Positions 8,529 to 19,035 of a stretch of 64,000 bases of DNA are shown here, in pieces. The notes under the pieces are model-generated. The model saw only the letters and a list, made by a program, of their open reading frames with translations. It had not been told where the DNA came from and ran no database searches. The stretch comes from Chloroflexia bacterium (lineage in GTDB: Bacteria > Chloroflexota > Chloroflexia > Chloroheliales > Chloroheliaceae): positions 12,678-76,677 of the forward strand of contig JBBQGP010000002.1 of the NCBI GenBank assembly GCA_038323095.1, given 5' to 3'. Position 1 is the stretch's first letter; each line of letters begins with the position of its first letter. The position numbers and the translations under genes were made by a program.

Positions 8529-10169
8529 TCAAACCTGAATAGCGGGAGCAAGCCAGCCTTTGAGCAGTAGCAACTGGTTGCCGAGCAAGCCAAGCTGGAC
8601 TATGCTTTGATTTGGCGCGTTTTCGGGATGATATTCAAAGCGGTTGCGCTCGAAATACTGGACAAGATAAGTTTTACCATCGGCAGGATTTAGTTCGGGG
8701 AAAGCTTCGCTGATGGGGAAGCCGTAGAGGGTCAGGCCGCCGTTAGTTTGCCAGTATTTGAGAAAAGCATCGGACAAAATATGCCCGGTTTCGGCAAAGT
8801 AAAGCGCACCCGGCGGGGCGGAAGAAGCAGCGACGCGCTGGAAAGATTTTTCACTTGGTCGGTTTTCGGTAAGCTGCGAACCAAGCAAGCCTAACAAAAT
8901 CGGGTTATCACTTTCGGGGTGGTACTCGAACCGCGCCCGCTCAAAATATTGAACAATAAAAGATTGCCCGGTTTGCAAATTGCGCTCTTCGATTTCCTCG
9001 GTTTGGGGATAGCCGAATTGGGCCAACCCGCCGTATTTCTGCCAATATTTTAGAAAAAGGCTACCCAGCGTATGCCCGGTTTCGGGGAAGTAAACCAGAG
9101 CCGGGCTATTCGGCACAGGCCCAACCCGACGGGTTGGGTTCGCCGCTACGTTTAGCACCGGCCAAAATTCCGGCCCTTCCTGTCCCAACCGCCAAACTGC
9201 CCAGCCGCCCAAATTATTACGCTGCAAAATTTCCAGTTTCGCCGCTACCGAGCGCGGGTTTTCGTACCAGACCCGATGCAGATTGCCGTTTTCGTAATAT
9301 TCTACATAAGGCGATTGGGCCGCTACGTCAAAATTAGGGATACCGTTTAGCTGCTCGACAATATTTTGGGTAGTGGCGTAATCCTGCGCGATGGCCTGAC
9401 CTCCCCGGCTCAAGTTCCAATCATAACCATAAAAAGGAATACCCAGCAGCACTTTGCCCGACCCGAATTGGGCAGCAGCATAGCGGGCCACCGCGTTTAC
9501 CCAACTAATCGGAGCAACTGGCCCGTTCTGGCTACCTGAATAATTGAAATCGTAGGTCATAATCGAAACCAAATCCAGATAAGGGGCAAGGGCCGCGTAA
9601 TCGTAGGGGGCGGCCCAACCGTTCGAGGCATCCTCGTATTTGGCGGCTACCGCCATTGTCACCAATTTGCTCCGCGCCCGCAATCTATCTGAAAGCAAAG
9701 CCATAAAAGCGGTCAGGTAGGGGCGGTCTTGCGGCAACATATCTTCAAAATCGATATGGAACCCATCATAGTTATAAGTGCGGACTAATATCTCAATCTG
9801 GCTGACAATATTTTGAACGGCCTGGGGATTGACCAACAAATTGTGCATTTCAAGCTGGCTATTGGTATTTTGAAGCATAGGCAAAACTCGCACTCCCCGG
9901 CTACGGGCCAATTGGGTGACTTCGGGTTGGTCACTACCGCCGATAGTGCCATCAGCATTTAGCACAAAATAATAGGGAGAAAGCAAATCCAGATTTTGAA
10001 TATTTTGGCGTACCGAATCAAGCGAAGTTGGTTGCCGCACATAGTAGCCCCAGCGCAAAGGCAGGTACGTGGGTGCGGCCTGTATTGTGTCGAGAGTGGG
10101 CAAAAACAGGGCAAGCAACCAGATAATTAGCCCGCTATATAACCATTTCAATTTGAGTAATCTTATCAT
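8529..10169 (-). CDS. Secreted GH18 glycoside hydrolase with two C-terminal ~70-aa repeat modules
   Basis: Signal peptide. GH18 catalytic motif DGFHIDFED. Two tandem C-terminal modules (FLKYWQ..GGL...G(Y/F)P..E......VQYFER.RFEYHPE). Confidence 0.75.
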   Translation of the reverse strand: MIRLLKLKWLYSGLIIWLLALFLPTLDTIQAAPTYLPLRWGYYVRQPTSLDSVRQNIQNLDLLSPYYFVLNADGTIGGSDQPEVTQLARSRGVRVLPMLQNTNSQLEMHNLLVNPQAVQNIVSQIEILVRTYNYDGFHIDFEDMLPQDRPYLTAFMALLSDRLRARSKLVTMAVAAKYEDASNGWAAPYDYAALAPYLDLVSIMTYDFNYSGSQNGPVAPISWVNAVARYAAAQFGSGKVLLGIPFYGYDWNLSRGGQAIAQDYATTQNIVEQLNGIPNFDVAAQSPYVEYYENGNLHRVWYENPRSVAAKLEILQRNNLGGWAVWRLGQEGPEFWPVLNVAANPTRRVGPVPNSPALVYFPETGHTLGSLFLKYWQKYGGLAQFGYPQTEEIEERNLQTGQSFIVQYFERARFEYHPESDNPILLGLLGSQLTENRPSEKSFQRVAASSAPPGALYFAETGHILSDAFLKYWQTNGGLTLYGFPISEAFPELNPADGKTYLVQYFERNRFEYHPENAPNQSIVQLGLLGNQLLLLKGWLAPAIQV

Positions 10170-10174
10170 CTTTT

Positions 10175-13100
10175 TTAAGGCATAAAGGGAAGCGGGTCAA
10201 TCACCCGGTTCTGATAGCGAATTTCGTAATGGACGTGCGGCCCGGTGGAATACCCGGTATTACCAGAAAGGGCAATTACCTGACCGGCCTGTACTTCCTG
10301 TCCCGGCACGACCAGTAAGCGCGAATTATGGCCGTAAAGCGTGATAAAACCGCCGGGGTGGTTGATATATACAACTATCCCGTAACCGTTGCGCTGGTCG
10401 CCCGCGTATTCTACGACCCCCCGTGCCGTCGCCCGCACTTCCGTACCCTCTGGCACGGCAATATCTATCCCGGTGTGAAATTCCTGTCCCGGCCCTACCG
10501 CCAAACTATTGCCGTTTACTCCCAAAGAAGTTAGCGGTACTCCCGGATTTACCAGAGGTATCCGGGCCGGGTAATAAGTTGGGATAGCCCCCACTGCCGC
10601 CTGTACCGGGTTGCCCGCCGGGTTGGGGTTAGGGCTGGAAGGTAAGGTCGCCACCTGAATAATTTGCGTGCCGTTTGGCGCAATTTGCGAAGTAGCGTTC
10701 GGAAAAGAAACGTCGCTGGTCGGCCCGGCAGTATAAGGCGTGCCGGTAGCCGTCGGCGTAACTGTCGCCGTGGCGGTATTGGTCGGCGTAGTGGTTTCTG
10801 TAGGGCTGGCACTGGGCGTAGCCGAATTAGTCGAAGTCGAAGTTGACTTGGGCGGATTGGTACGGGTTGCTGTCGGCACAAAAGTAAAAGTCGCCGTGAC
10901 GGTAGGCGTATCAGTGGGCAAAGGCGTTATTGTCGCGGTAGGTTGGGCCGTAAAGGTCGCGGCATAATCGGGGGTCGGCGTAAAAGTCGGCGTGGCACTA
11001 TAAGCTACCGTTGCCGTATTGGTTGGGGCAACGGTATTAGTCGGGGCGGGCGTACTGGTCGGCACACAGATCGGGGTCGGTGGCGGTGCGGTAGCCGTTG
11101 GAGTGGCGGTTAAAGCTTGCTGGCAAACGGCGGTGGCTGTCGCCGCAACATTCGCCGTAACCGTGGCAGTATTAGTAGCCGTAGGCAAAGGGGTAGACGA
11201 GGGGGTAAAGCTGACCGTCGCCGTCGCGGGAGCGGTGGTATTGGTCGCGGTAGCAGCAGCTTCGGTATCGTTGGCTACCGCTTTCGTCTGGGCCTGATAA
11301 TTCAGGTTAGCCCCGCCCCGCCCTTGCCCGGTTGGAGCGGTTGGGCCTGCGCCAAAACCAAAAAGCTTTCCACGCGGGCCAAAAGGCGAGCTAATCGGGC
11401 CTTGCACCGGCCAACCACGCGGGGCATAGGCCAGGATTGCCAACTTTTGCGCGTCCAGCCCGCTAACTGCCCCGACTACTCCCGGCCCTTGCTCGTTAAG
11501 CAGCATTGCCGGACTGGGCGTTTCGTTGGTAACAATCCCGCCGCCCGTAATCTGGTAGCCACTATGAGCCTGTAACACACTCAAAGTGGTATTATTCAAG
11601 AGCGAAAGGTTTTGGTAGATAATTTGTAACGAGTCTTTACTAAGGTTCGCTCCGGCAGCCGCGACAGGTGCGCCCTTATTGTCGTTAGCGGCCTGCAAAA
11701 GTTTGCCAATGTTTTGCTGCTGGCTATCGAGTTGCTTTTGAACCTTGTCGAGTTCGAGCAAGCGGCGTTCCAAATCGCTGCTCGCCCCGGTTTTGATGTC
11801 GGCCAAAGCGGTACCGAGTGCGCCATTTTGGGCGACAACTTCGCGACGACTGGCGGCTAATTCTTGCCCCAGATTTTGCTGACCCAGATAAAGCATTAAA
11901 TTCAGGCCCAGTACAGCCGCTACCAAAAGAGCCAGCAAAGCTACTACCAGCCGATTACTTTTAGCCGGAATAAGGCGAATTTGCGGGTTATTTTCGGTAA
12001 GGACTGCCGCACTACTATTGCTTTGGGCGGCTTCTAAGGCGGCAGAAGCAGCCACCGTCAGTTTATTTTCCCGCTCTTTTTCTTCTTGAGCCAATATTAA
12101 AGCCGCAAGCCGGGCCGGAACAGTTCCGCGCTCATCCCGTTTATGGAAAACATGACGATTAAGCATGGGGGCGGATTTGGGCAAATCGCGGCGTAGCACG
12201 CTGGGTCGATTGGTACGGGTTAATCCTCTGCCAATCAAGCTGGGTGCTTCGGCTCTTTCCGGCTCAACGGCTTGCCCCTGTTCTGCTGCTTCTGCAACTC
12301 CTGCCTCAGCCGATGGCAAATCGAGTGGAGCAATTAGTATTGTCGCTTTTAGTTTTAGCGGGTTTACAATTTGCAAATTAGCTCCAACTACAGGTTCAAT
12401 TTGAGCGGCAACGCTAACTAATTCTGGCTCGGTAACGGGTGTATCAAGTTCGGGTAGGACTATTGTTTGGTCAACTTGCACTGAACTGGTTTGTTCTTCT
12501 GTAACGTTTATATCTGTATTGTTCATGGTCGTAGCTTCTGGTTGGGTTTCAGATTGTACCAATAACGGTTCTGCAACTGTTGTAGAACTTGTTTCGGAGC
12601 TTGTAGCTACTAATTCGGTCAAATTCAAAGCGTTTTGGCTAAATACCTGACTAATTTGGGTAAAAGCAGGCAACTTAATAGCGATTTGTGGCTCAGGCAG
12701 CAGACCCGCTATTTTCAGGGAAGCCGCCGGGAGCAGCTTTGTTTTGGGTAGCAAATCAGCCCAATCGGGTTTGGTCGGAGCTTTTGCTTCTTCATGTATT
12801 TCTTTGTCCAGCTTTTTATTTGCGGCTTGGGCTTTTGAAATCGCCTCAGCTTCGGCTAATTTAGCCTTTGGAGGGGCAGTTTTGAGAGGTGGAAGCTGGC
12901 CCTCGAAAGGTGGAATTACCGCCAAATCGTTTTTAAGAATATAGTCAATTGCCGGGTCAATCAAAGGCAAATTATCAAAAAGGCGTTTCGCCAGAGAATT
13001 ACGTGGGTCGTACAAATTAGCCCATAGCAAATAATTAGCCGATTGCTCCTGCGTTTCGATTTCTTTGCGTTGCCGGTAAATGTACCACAAAATAAGATTG

Positions 13101-13711
13101 GCCTGAACTAACTTTGGATAGCTTTGCAGCAAACTTTGGCCCAGAGTTTCGGCCTTGTCATAGTAAAATTTGCGCCAGTAAGCTTCAAGCAAACCTTCCC
13201 GCACGTCCGGGCGTTCGGCGGCTTTCCCTTGTACCAGTCCAAATTCTTCAATGGCCCGGTCATAATTTCCGGCCAGTAAACTCCGATTAGCCGCGCCAAT
13301 TATGGTTTGCTGGCGGCGGGTGCGTTCGGTTTGGCTCAAGTTTAGCACATCGTACAGGCGGGAAAGCTCGGCTTTAACGTACACCAGCCGGGGGCTAAGT
13401 TCGATGGCCCGCTCATACCAGATAATTGCTTTTTCAGGCCGATTTTGGCGGCTGGCAATAAAACCGCGCGTACCGTAGCTCAAGCCGTCGCGTGGCTCGA
13501 TTTCGAGCGAATACTCGAAAAGTTGGTCGGCCTCGCTTAATTTGCCTAGCTGAACATAAGCTCTGGCAAGTAGCCGGGTAGCTTCCAGCGTACCGGGATA
13601 GTAATCCAGAATATGCAAACAAAGCCGGGCCGCTCCGGGCGCGTCGCCGGAAGCCAAACGTTGCTTGGCCTGTTGAATTAAGTCTGTAAGTTTAACCCTT
13701 GTAGTTGTCAT
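10175..13711 (-). CDS. Bitopic TPR / coiled-coil / Thr-Pro-linker / M23 (LytM) peptidase, 1178 aa
   Basis: N-terminal TPR repeats, one TM helix ([23 protein letters not shown]), a coiled coil, ~200 aa of T/P/A linker, and a C-terminal M23 domain with HTGIDI and GPHVHYE motifs. Confidence 0.8.
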   Translation of the reverse strand: MTTTRVKLTDLIQQAKQRLASGDAPGAARLCLHILDYYPGTLEATRLLARAYVQLGKLSEADQLFEYSLEIEPRDGLSYGTRGFIASRQNRPEKAIIWYERAIELSPRLVYVKAELSRLYDVLNLSQTERTRRQQTIIGAANRSLLAGNYDRAIEEFGLVQGKAAERPDVREGLLEAYWRKFYYDKAETLGQSLLQSYPKLVQANLILWYIYRQRKEIETQEQSANYLLWANLYDPRNSLAKRLFDNLPLIDPAIDYILKNDLAVIPPFEGQLPPLKTAPPKAKLAEAEAISKAQAANKKLDKEIHEEAKAPTKPDWADLLPKTKLLPAASLKIAGLLPEPQIAIKLPAFTQISQVFSQNALNLTELVATSSETSSTTVAEPLLVQSETQPEATTMNNTDINVTEEQTSSVQVDQTIVLPELDTPVTEPELVSVAAQIEPVVGANLQIVNPLKLKATILIAPLDLPSAEAGVAEAAEQGQAVEPERAEAPSLIGRGLTRTNRPSVLRRDLPKSAPMLNRHVFHKRDERGTVPARLAALILAQEEKERENKLTVAASAALEAAQSNSSAAVLTENNPQIRLIPAKSNRLVVALLALLVAAVLGLNLMLYLGQQNLGQELAASRREVVAQNGALGTALADIKTGASSDLERRLLELDKVQKQLDSQQQNIGKLLQAANDNKGAPVAAAGANLSKDSLQIIYQNLSLLNNTTLSVLQAHSGYQITGGGIVTNETPSPAMLLNEQGPGVVGAVSGLDAQKLAILAYAPRGWPVQGPISSPFGPRGKLFGFGAGPTAPTGQGRGGANLNYQAQTKAVANDTEAAATATNTTAPATATVSFTPSSTPLPTATNTATVTANVAATATAVCQQALTATPTATAPPPTPICVPTSTPAPTNTVAPTNTATVAYSATPTFTPTPDYAATFTAQPTATITPLPTDTPTVTATFTFVPTATRTNPPKSTSTSTNSATPSASPTETTTPTNTATATVTPTATGTPYTAGPTSDVSFPNATSQIAPNGTQIIQVATLPSSPNPNPAGNPVQAAVGAIPTYYPARIPLVNPGVPLTSLGVNGNSLAVGPGQEFHTGIDIAVPEGTEVRATARGVVEYAGDQRNGYGIVVYINHPGGFITLYGHNSRLLVVPGQEVQAGQVIALSGNTGYSTGPHVHYEIRYQNRVIDPLPFMP

Positions 13712-13729
13712 CGCCTTAAAATATCTTGA

Positions 13730-14953
13730 TTATAGCTTTTTCTTCCGCAAGAAAAGTGTGTTTCCCTCAATTTCGGCTTTTTCGATTTGCTGACCCTGAC
13801 CTTTAAGTTTGGCGTTAATTTTTTCGCTCATACGCTGCACCACCCGGTCAGGCGGGAAAAAGAACCAGGGAAATTCGTTTTGCTGATTTAGCTTGTTCGA
13901 TTCAAAAGTTAAATTGCCGTTTCTGGGGATTATATGGCCTGTAATGCTGCCTAGCGTAATCCGATTGGAAAAAATAGTAGTTTCCAGCGTCAAGGTAACG
14001 CGCTGTTGCTCTTGTTCCTGAAAATCTACTTTTATATTTACAAATTTGTTTAGCGGGTTCACCATGTTTTGTAAATCGTCGCTTACCGATTTTTGTTCCA
14101 GACGAATGGAATTAGAAGGTGTGGCTAGGAGTTGGTCGGTTATAAGCTGGTCGGTACGGGCTACCAGAGTATCCCGGATAAACGGAAAGATTAAAAAAGA
14201 CCACAAAATTGCAAAAATTAAAAAAGCGAAAACGAAGCCAAAAAGCAGCGGGTGGCGTAATAGCAAATTCCAGCGCGATTCTGGCAAATATTCGCCTTCT
14301 ACTAATAGTGGTTCACCATTTACGGTATATTGCTCCACCTGCCACTGGGGTTGCACCAAAACCTCAAACTTTTGGAGCTGCCCAGCCTGGTCGTCAGGGG
14401 CGTTGGGCCGCATTTGCACTTTTAGCCGGGTGGTAGCTGATTTTTGTGGGGCAATTCTGACAATTGCTGGTAAAAACGTTCCCTGACAAAAATGATTGTT
14501 CGGCGGCAAGCTCAGGTGAAAAAACCCATCGCACATACTTCGGTTACGCACAATCAAAGCGTAGTTAGCTCGATAGCCTTTGGCGCGATGTGGTTGCAAT
14601 CGAGCTTCGGCCTTGAGGGGAGCAAGCACGTTTACTTCGATACGAGCTTCGGCTACTGCGTGCGGCTGACCCTGAGCGGTTACTACAATTCGGGCAGCAT
14701 GGATATTAGGATTAACTTTGGCCGAAACTTGCAGGCGCAGTTTGACGGTACTGGACTGATTGGGAAAAATAACAATTTGGTTACTCAAAAAACTGTACCA
14801 GCCCGCCGGAAGTCCGGCAATGCTCAACTCAAAAGTATCGGGCTGGCTGGTATTATTAAAAATAGTAAGCTCTTGCTCGATAGTATCTCCGGCAACGATA
14901 GTTACAGCCGAATTTTGTAACCTTATTTCAACTGGCGTGGAAATTGCGGTCAT
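13730..14953 (-). CDS. Hypothetical single-pass membrane protein with two N-terminal Ig-like (CARDB/NEW3-like) domains
   Basis: Beta-rich repeats (TFELSIAGLPAGWYSF...), central TM LLFGFVFAFLIFAILWSFLIFPFI. Lies 18 nt upstream of the M23 gene on the same strand. Confidence 0.6.
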   Translation of the reverse strand: MTAISTPVEIRLQNSAVTIVAGDTIEQELTIFNNTSQPDTFELSIAGLPAGWYSFLSNQIVIFPNQSSTVKLRLQVSAKVNPNIHAARIVVTAQGQPHAVAEARIEVNVLAPLKAEARLQPHRAKGYRANYALIVRNRSMCDGFFHLSLPPNNHFCQGTFLPAIVRIAPQKSATTRLKVQMRPNAPDDQAGQLQKFEVLVQPQWQVEQYTVNGEPLLVEGEYLPESRWNLLLRHPLLFGFVFAFLIFAILWSFLIFPFIRDTLVARTDQLITDQLLATPSNSIRLEQKSVSDDLQNMVNPLNKFVNIKVDFQEQEQQRVTLTLETTIFSNRITLGSITGHIIPRNGNLTFESNKLNQQNEFPWFFFPPDRVVQRMSEKINAKLKGQGQQIEKAEIEGNTLFLRKKKL

Positions 14954-15066
14954 GCTTGCCTCGAAAACCCGATAATTACATCCACAACAATAACTTCGCG
15001 AAAGCTGATTTCAGAACGTCTCTACTGCAAAACAGGCTATTACCCCTATCTCAAGGCCAGAAGCTA

Positions 15067-16380
15067 TCAGGATAAACCCACCCCGATTGCTTTTAATTCA
15101 TTTGATATAATTACTATCTCACTATTCTGGTTCAAATACGCTCGAATAGTATTGAACAAGGAAAATCTCAGTGCGCCAGCCTCGGCAGGATGCTGCCGCA
15201 AAAGTTGGCGATTGACCAATTGTTCCAGCCCGTCCAACAGATTTAGCCCGAATTGAGCCGGGTAAACTTCCTGAATTTGTTTCAGGGTAAAGCTGCCCTC
15301 GAAAGAAGCAAGCTGATACAGTAAGTTTTGTAAGGGTTTGGTTAAAGCCTGATAGCTGCTATCAAAGGCTACCCGGAGCGATTGATGGCGCGGCGGTAAA
15401 TCCCGCGAATAGCTTACCAAAAAATCAAGGGGGTTAGCCAGATAATCAAGCATATAGCCCGGTTCAAAAAAGTTGGTTCGGGCCGCCGCCAGTTCTATTG
15501 CCAGTGGCAACCCGTCCAACAAGTTGCAAATCCGGGCCAGGGCATAAATATTTTGCCAGCCAGGATTAAAATCAGGCCGAATTGCCTGTATTCTTTGTAG
15601 AAAAAGCGACAAGCTTTCTGTTTTAAGAATTTCTTCTAAAGTTAGCTCGTGAAAACGACTGAGGTCGGGCAAAGCCAAAGGTGATACAAAATTTAAGTGT
15701 TCACCATTTAGTTGCAAAGCTTCCCGGCTCGTCACCAGAATTTTCAGGGAGGGGTAACTGTGCAAGAGTTTTGCCACCACTGCCGCTCCCCGCACAATAC
15801 TTTCAAAATTATTTAGCACCAGTAAAGTTGGGCGGATCAGACAACGAGCCAAACTTTCAGGAGAATCTTCGACGTTGAGGCTGGATTTGATAAACGGTAG
15901 TAATTGTTCTGGTTCAGAAATATAATCAAGTTCTACCAGAAAAATATTATTGTTAAATTCGGCAATAAGGGTTTGAGCGGTTTCAAGAGCCAGTCGGGTT
16001 TTACCAACACCGGGCGGGCCAATCAAGGTTAGCAAGCGCACAGAGGGTTGAAGTAATTTTTGCCGGGTTGCCTCAATTTCGGCCTTGCGCCCTACCAGCG
16101 AACTTAGCGGAAGAGGCAGGTTGGAATAAAGCAGCTCAGAGGTATCAGGCAAATCCATAGCGCGAACTATTTCCATAAAGTGTGGCACTTTAGAAGCAGA
16201 AATTTTCAGGCTTTCGGCCAACTTTCGGGCCAAATGTTTGGAAGGACGGCGTTCGCCGGCTTCTATTTTACGAATTGTAATAGCCGAGCAGCCAATCTCG
16301 CTGGCAAGCTCTTTTTGGGTCAAGTCTAGCATCTCTCTGGTATGACGGATTAAATGCCCAACTGAATCAGAATGTGACAT
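15067..16380 (-). CDS. XRE-family HTH fused to a P-loop NB-ARC/STAND-like ATPase, putative regulator
   Basis: Start moved to ATG 16380 (MSHSDSVGHLIRHTREML). HTH LTQKELASEIGCSAITIRKIEAGER. Walker A GPPGVGKTRLA. Confidence 0.7.
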   Translation of the reverse strand: MSHSDSVGHLIRHTREMLDLTQKELASEIGCSAITIRKIEAGERRPSKHLARKLAESLKISASKVPHFMEIVRAMDLPDTSELLYSNLPLPLSSLVGRKAEIEATRQKLLQPSVRLLTLIGPPGVGKTRLALETAQTLIAEFNNNIFLVELDYISEPEQLLPFIKSSLNVEDSPESLARCLIRPTLLVLNNFESIVRGAAVVAKLLHSYPSLKILVTSREALQLNGEHLNFVSPLALPDLSRFHELTLEEILKTESLSLFLQRIQAIRPDFNPGWQNIYALARICNLLDGLPLAIELAAARTNFFEPGYMLDYLANPLDFLVSYSRDLPPRHQSLRVAFDSSYQALTKPLQNLLYQLASFEGSFTLKQIQEVYPAQFGLNLLDGLEQLVNRQLLRQHPAEAGALRFSLFNTIRAYLNQNSEIVIISNELKAIGVGLS

Positions 16381-16928
16381 GACTATCCTTTTATGCTTAA
16401 TGAGAAAATTGTTTTCGCTCAAAACCCAAAAGAACATAGCTCTAAAAGCTTCTTTAGTATACTAAAACAACACAGCAAAATAATAAACTAAAGAAGTGAC
16501 TGAAGTATGGATTAAGATTATAATAGAAGATTTTTTGATAAAACGCAATAGCCTAGATGTAGGATATTATAGCTTTTTCATATTAATATTTTGTAACCCT
16601 GCTTGTATCGCTTCTCGTATAATTTTGGTACTACCCCAGCACTGCTTGAATTAAGCCCTACTTTTGCCCGTTTCAATTCCTTAGCCGAAATTTAGTTGAT
16701 TGCAATTTTTGGAAGAATCTCCTGGTTTTAATACTATTTCTATTCCCTTAAAGTACCAGTCATTGCAGTACCATTATGCTCTTGTAGTCATGTAATTTAA
16801 TGGTAAACTTGGGACAATCTTATTAATGAACATATTAATTACTGATTAGTGATTAATTATTAGGCTCATTTTGTTAAGCAAGTAGAATCAAGAAAAGTAA
16901 CTGTCCACATCGAGGCAGTCGAGGAGGT

Positions 16929-18356
16929 TTGTTAATTTTGTCTATTTTTAGGAGAGGAAAGTATTACTGGCGGTGGCTTCTTGCTGGCGCGGTTGTAGTA
17001 TTATTTACAACAATGTTGTCCACAGTTTTTATTAGTGAATGGAGTGCGGCTCAGGCCGGGGGGGTGAACGGCTCTTATAAGGTAAGCTATAACGTAGTTG
17101 AACAATGGGATAGTGGCTATTATACTGAGGTTAAAATTAGTAATACCGGCTCAACACCGATTTCTAATTGGACTATTAGCTGGCAGCTAACACAGAACGA
17201 GCAAAGCCTGGCAAGTACCTGGGGTGCTAAATGTAGCCTGAATATTGGGCGGATTAGCTGTACTGGAAGCTCCACTATTCGAGTAAACAGCTCTGTTCAG
17301 TTCGGCACTGATTTGTATGGTAACGGCAAGATAACCTCGCCTACCATTTTTACTGTTAATGGAGTTACTGTTTCTACTCAGGCAACCACATCGGCAACTA
17401 CTGTTGCTCCTACTGCGTCACAAGCTACTACCGCACCAGCGACCAGGACTACTGTCGCCGCCACCCCTACTAAGACGGCAGTACCCACTGCTACGCCTGC
17501 CAGGGCAACGGCGACGGCGGTACCCACCTCAAATACGCCACCACCGACTGCCGCCGCTCCCGTCCCGCCGTCGGCAAGTACGCCCGGTGGCTGGTGGCAA
17601 CCCACGCCGGATAGACCAATTCATTGGCACTGGCAGCTCTCTGATGAGTTTGCCTATCCCAGAGACGTACTAACGAATGTCGAGCTATACGATATTGACG
17701 GAGAGTACGCTACCGCAGACAACGTTGCCAAGCTCCACGCTCTTGGCCCTAACGTTAAGGTGATTTGCTATTTTGATGCAGGAGTTTACGAAACCTATCG
17801 TTCCGACGCTGGTCGCTTTCCTAAATCTGTAATTGGTAATGCCGATACTGGCTGGAACGGCTCTTACTGGCTCGACATCCGACAGACCGATGCTTTATTG
17901 CCAATTATGCGTGACCGAATGCAAAATTGGTGTAAAAACAAGGGTTTTGACGCGGTTGAGCCGGATGAGACAGAAGTTTGGACTAATAATTCCGGCTTTC
18001 CTATAACCAAAGCCCAAAACAATCTTTATAACCAAAAGATAGCTGAAATGGCTCATTCGCTGGGCCTTTCGGTAGGGCTAAAGGGTAATACTACCGAAGC
18101 ACCAGAGTTATGGTCTTACTTCGATTGGACACTCAATGAACAGTGCTGGCAGTACAAGGAATGTGATTCGTTGAAGACTAGCTTTATTGACCACAACAAG
18201 GCCGTTTTCAATATTGAGTACAACGTTAATCCTGATTGTACTCAGGCGAATAGCTGGCATATGAACTCGGCCCGTCGTGACCTGAATTTAGTTGGGCCAA
18301 CCAATTCGGCCTATCAATACAGCCCTTGTATTCCAGATTCCAGGAGCGGCTGGTAG
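16929..18356 (+). CDS. Secreted CBM2-like + Thr/Ala/Pro linker + GH114 (endo-alpha-1,4-polygalactosaminidase family) protein
   Basis: Signal peptide. CBM2-like YKVSYNVVEQWDSGYYTEVKISNTG..ISNWTISW. GH114 blocks IHWHWQL, LYDIDGE, VICYFDAGVYETYRSD, WNGSYWLDIR, GFDAVEPDETE, SVGLKGN, NEQCWQYKEC, AVFNIEY. The start may be TTG 16938, which is better spaced from GGAGG at 16923-16927. Confidence 0.75.
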   Translation: MLILSIFRRGKYYWRWLLAGAVVVLFTTMLSTVFISEWSAAQAGGVNGSYKVSYNVVEQWDSGYYTEVKISNTGSTPISNWTISWQLTQNEQSLASTWGAKCSLNIGRISCTGSSTIRVNSSVQFGTDLYGNGKITSPTIFTVNGVTVSTQATTSATTVAPTASQATTAPATRTTVAATPTKTAVPTATPARATATAVPTSNTPPPTAAAPVPPSASTPGGWWQPTPDRPIHWHWQLSDEFAYPRDVLTNVELYDIDGEYATADNVAKLHALGPNVKVICYFDAGVYETYRSDAGRFPKSVIGNADTGWNGSYWLDIRQTDALLPIMRDRMQNWCKNKGFDAVEPDETEVWTNNSGFPITKAQNNLYNQKIAEMAHSLGLSVGLKGNTTEAPELWSYFDWTLNEQCWQYKECDSLKTSFIDHNKAVFNIEYNVNPDCTQANSWHMNSARRDLNLVGPTNSAYQYSPCIPDSRSGW

Positions 18357-18385
18357 CAAGCAGCTATCCAAAATTTGAACACGTT

Positions 18386-18430
18386 AAAAGAAGTACAGTC
18401 TCCGTAACCTGCGGAGGTGTACTTCTTTTG
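18386..18430 (+). terminator. Rho-independent terminator after the first GH114 gene
   Basis: aaaagaagtacagtctccg / cggaggtgtacttctttt, about 17 bp of stem with a small bulge, ending in a T run. Confidence 0.75.
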
Positions 18431-18618
18431 ATGTCGCAAGCCTTTTTAAAGCCAAAACTTGTAAAACCCCGGTTTAGGCTGCTTCTAGTATCGTTATAGA
18501 CTTTAAACACAATTCAAAAGCGAATTAGAGGGAATAATCTTGTTTCTTAACCTTTTTGACTGCTATTGGGTAAATATTTGGAAGTTGTTAATTTACGCAA
18601 ACTGGTCTTCTCAAACTA

Positions 18619-18647
18619 TTGACATATAAAAAAATATATGCTACATT
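18619..18647 (+). promoter_or_regulatory. Candidate sigma70-type promoter inside the long non-coding region
   Basis: TTGACA (18619-18624), 17-bp spacer, TACATT (18642-18647). It would give a ~680-nt leader ahead of the SDR gene. Confidence 0.4.
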
Positions 18648-19035
18648 AACTTTAAGGGTTAACAAATAGACTAATCAGCGCCGCGTTTAATCAAACAAAA
18701 GCAAATTTCTTTTTGAACATTACAGGTTAGCGAGCGTTGTTGAGGAACAGCTATATTCTAACAATAGTTGGTATGCATGAGTTAAATGGATGAGACTCTG
18801 GATAACTTCTAAAGTCCCCCTCCAAATACAACCTAACATAACAAAGCTAAAAAATAACCCTAAGAGCAAAGCGTTATTTTAGTATTTCTAAACAATTTAG
18901 ACAACTAAAATAGCAGGGTTTGAAGGCATTTGAAAATGGGTTGAACCTGAACCAAATTGAGGATAAATTCGGGTTGTTTTATACTTCCAAACAAACAACA
19001 TAACTAAAATCTATTTAAGTTACGAAGCTGAATAA

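Noticed and set aside
10549-11575. Several 60-150-aa ORFs on both strands (Arg- or Val/Gly-rich)
   Set aside because: They lie inside the Thr/Pro/Ala linker of the M23 protein. Repetitive GC-rich codons keep alternative frames open, so these are compositional artefacts.
17359-17673. 104-aa plus-strand and 75-aa minus-strand ORFs
   Set aside because: Same artefact as above, within the Thr/Ala/Pro linker of the CBM2-GH114 protein.
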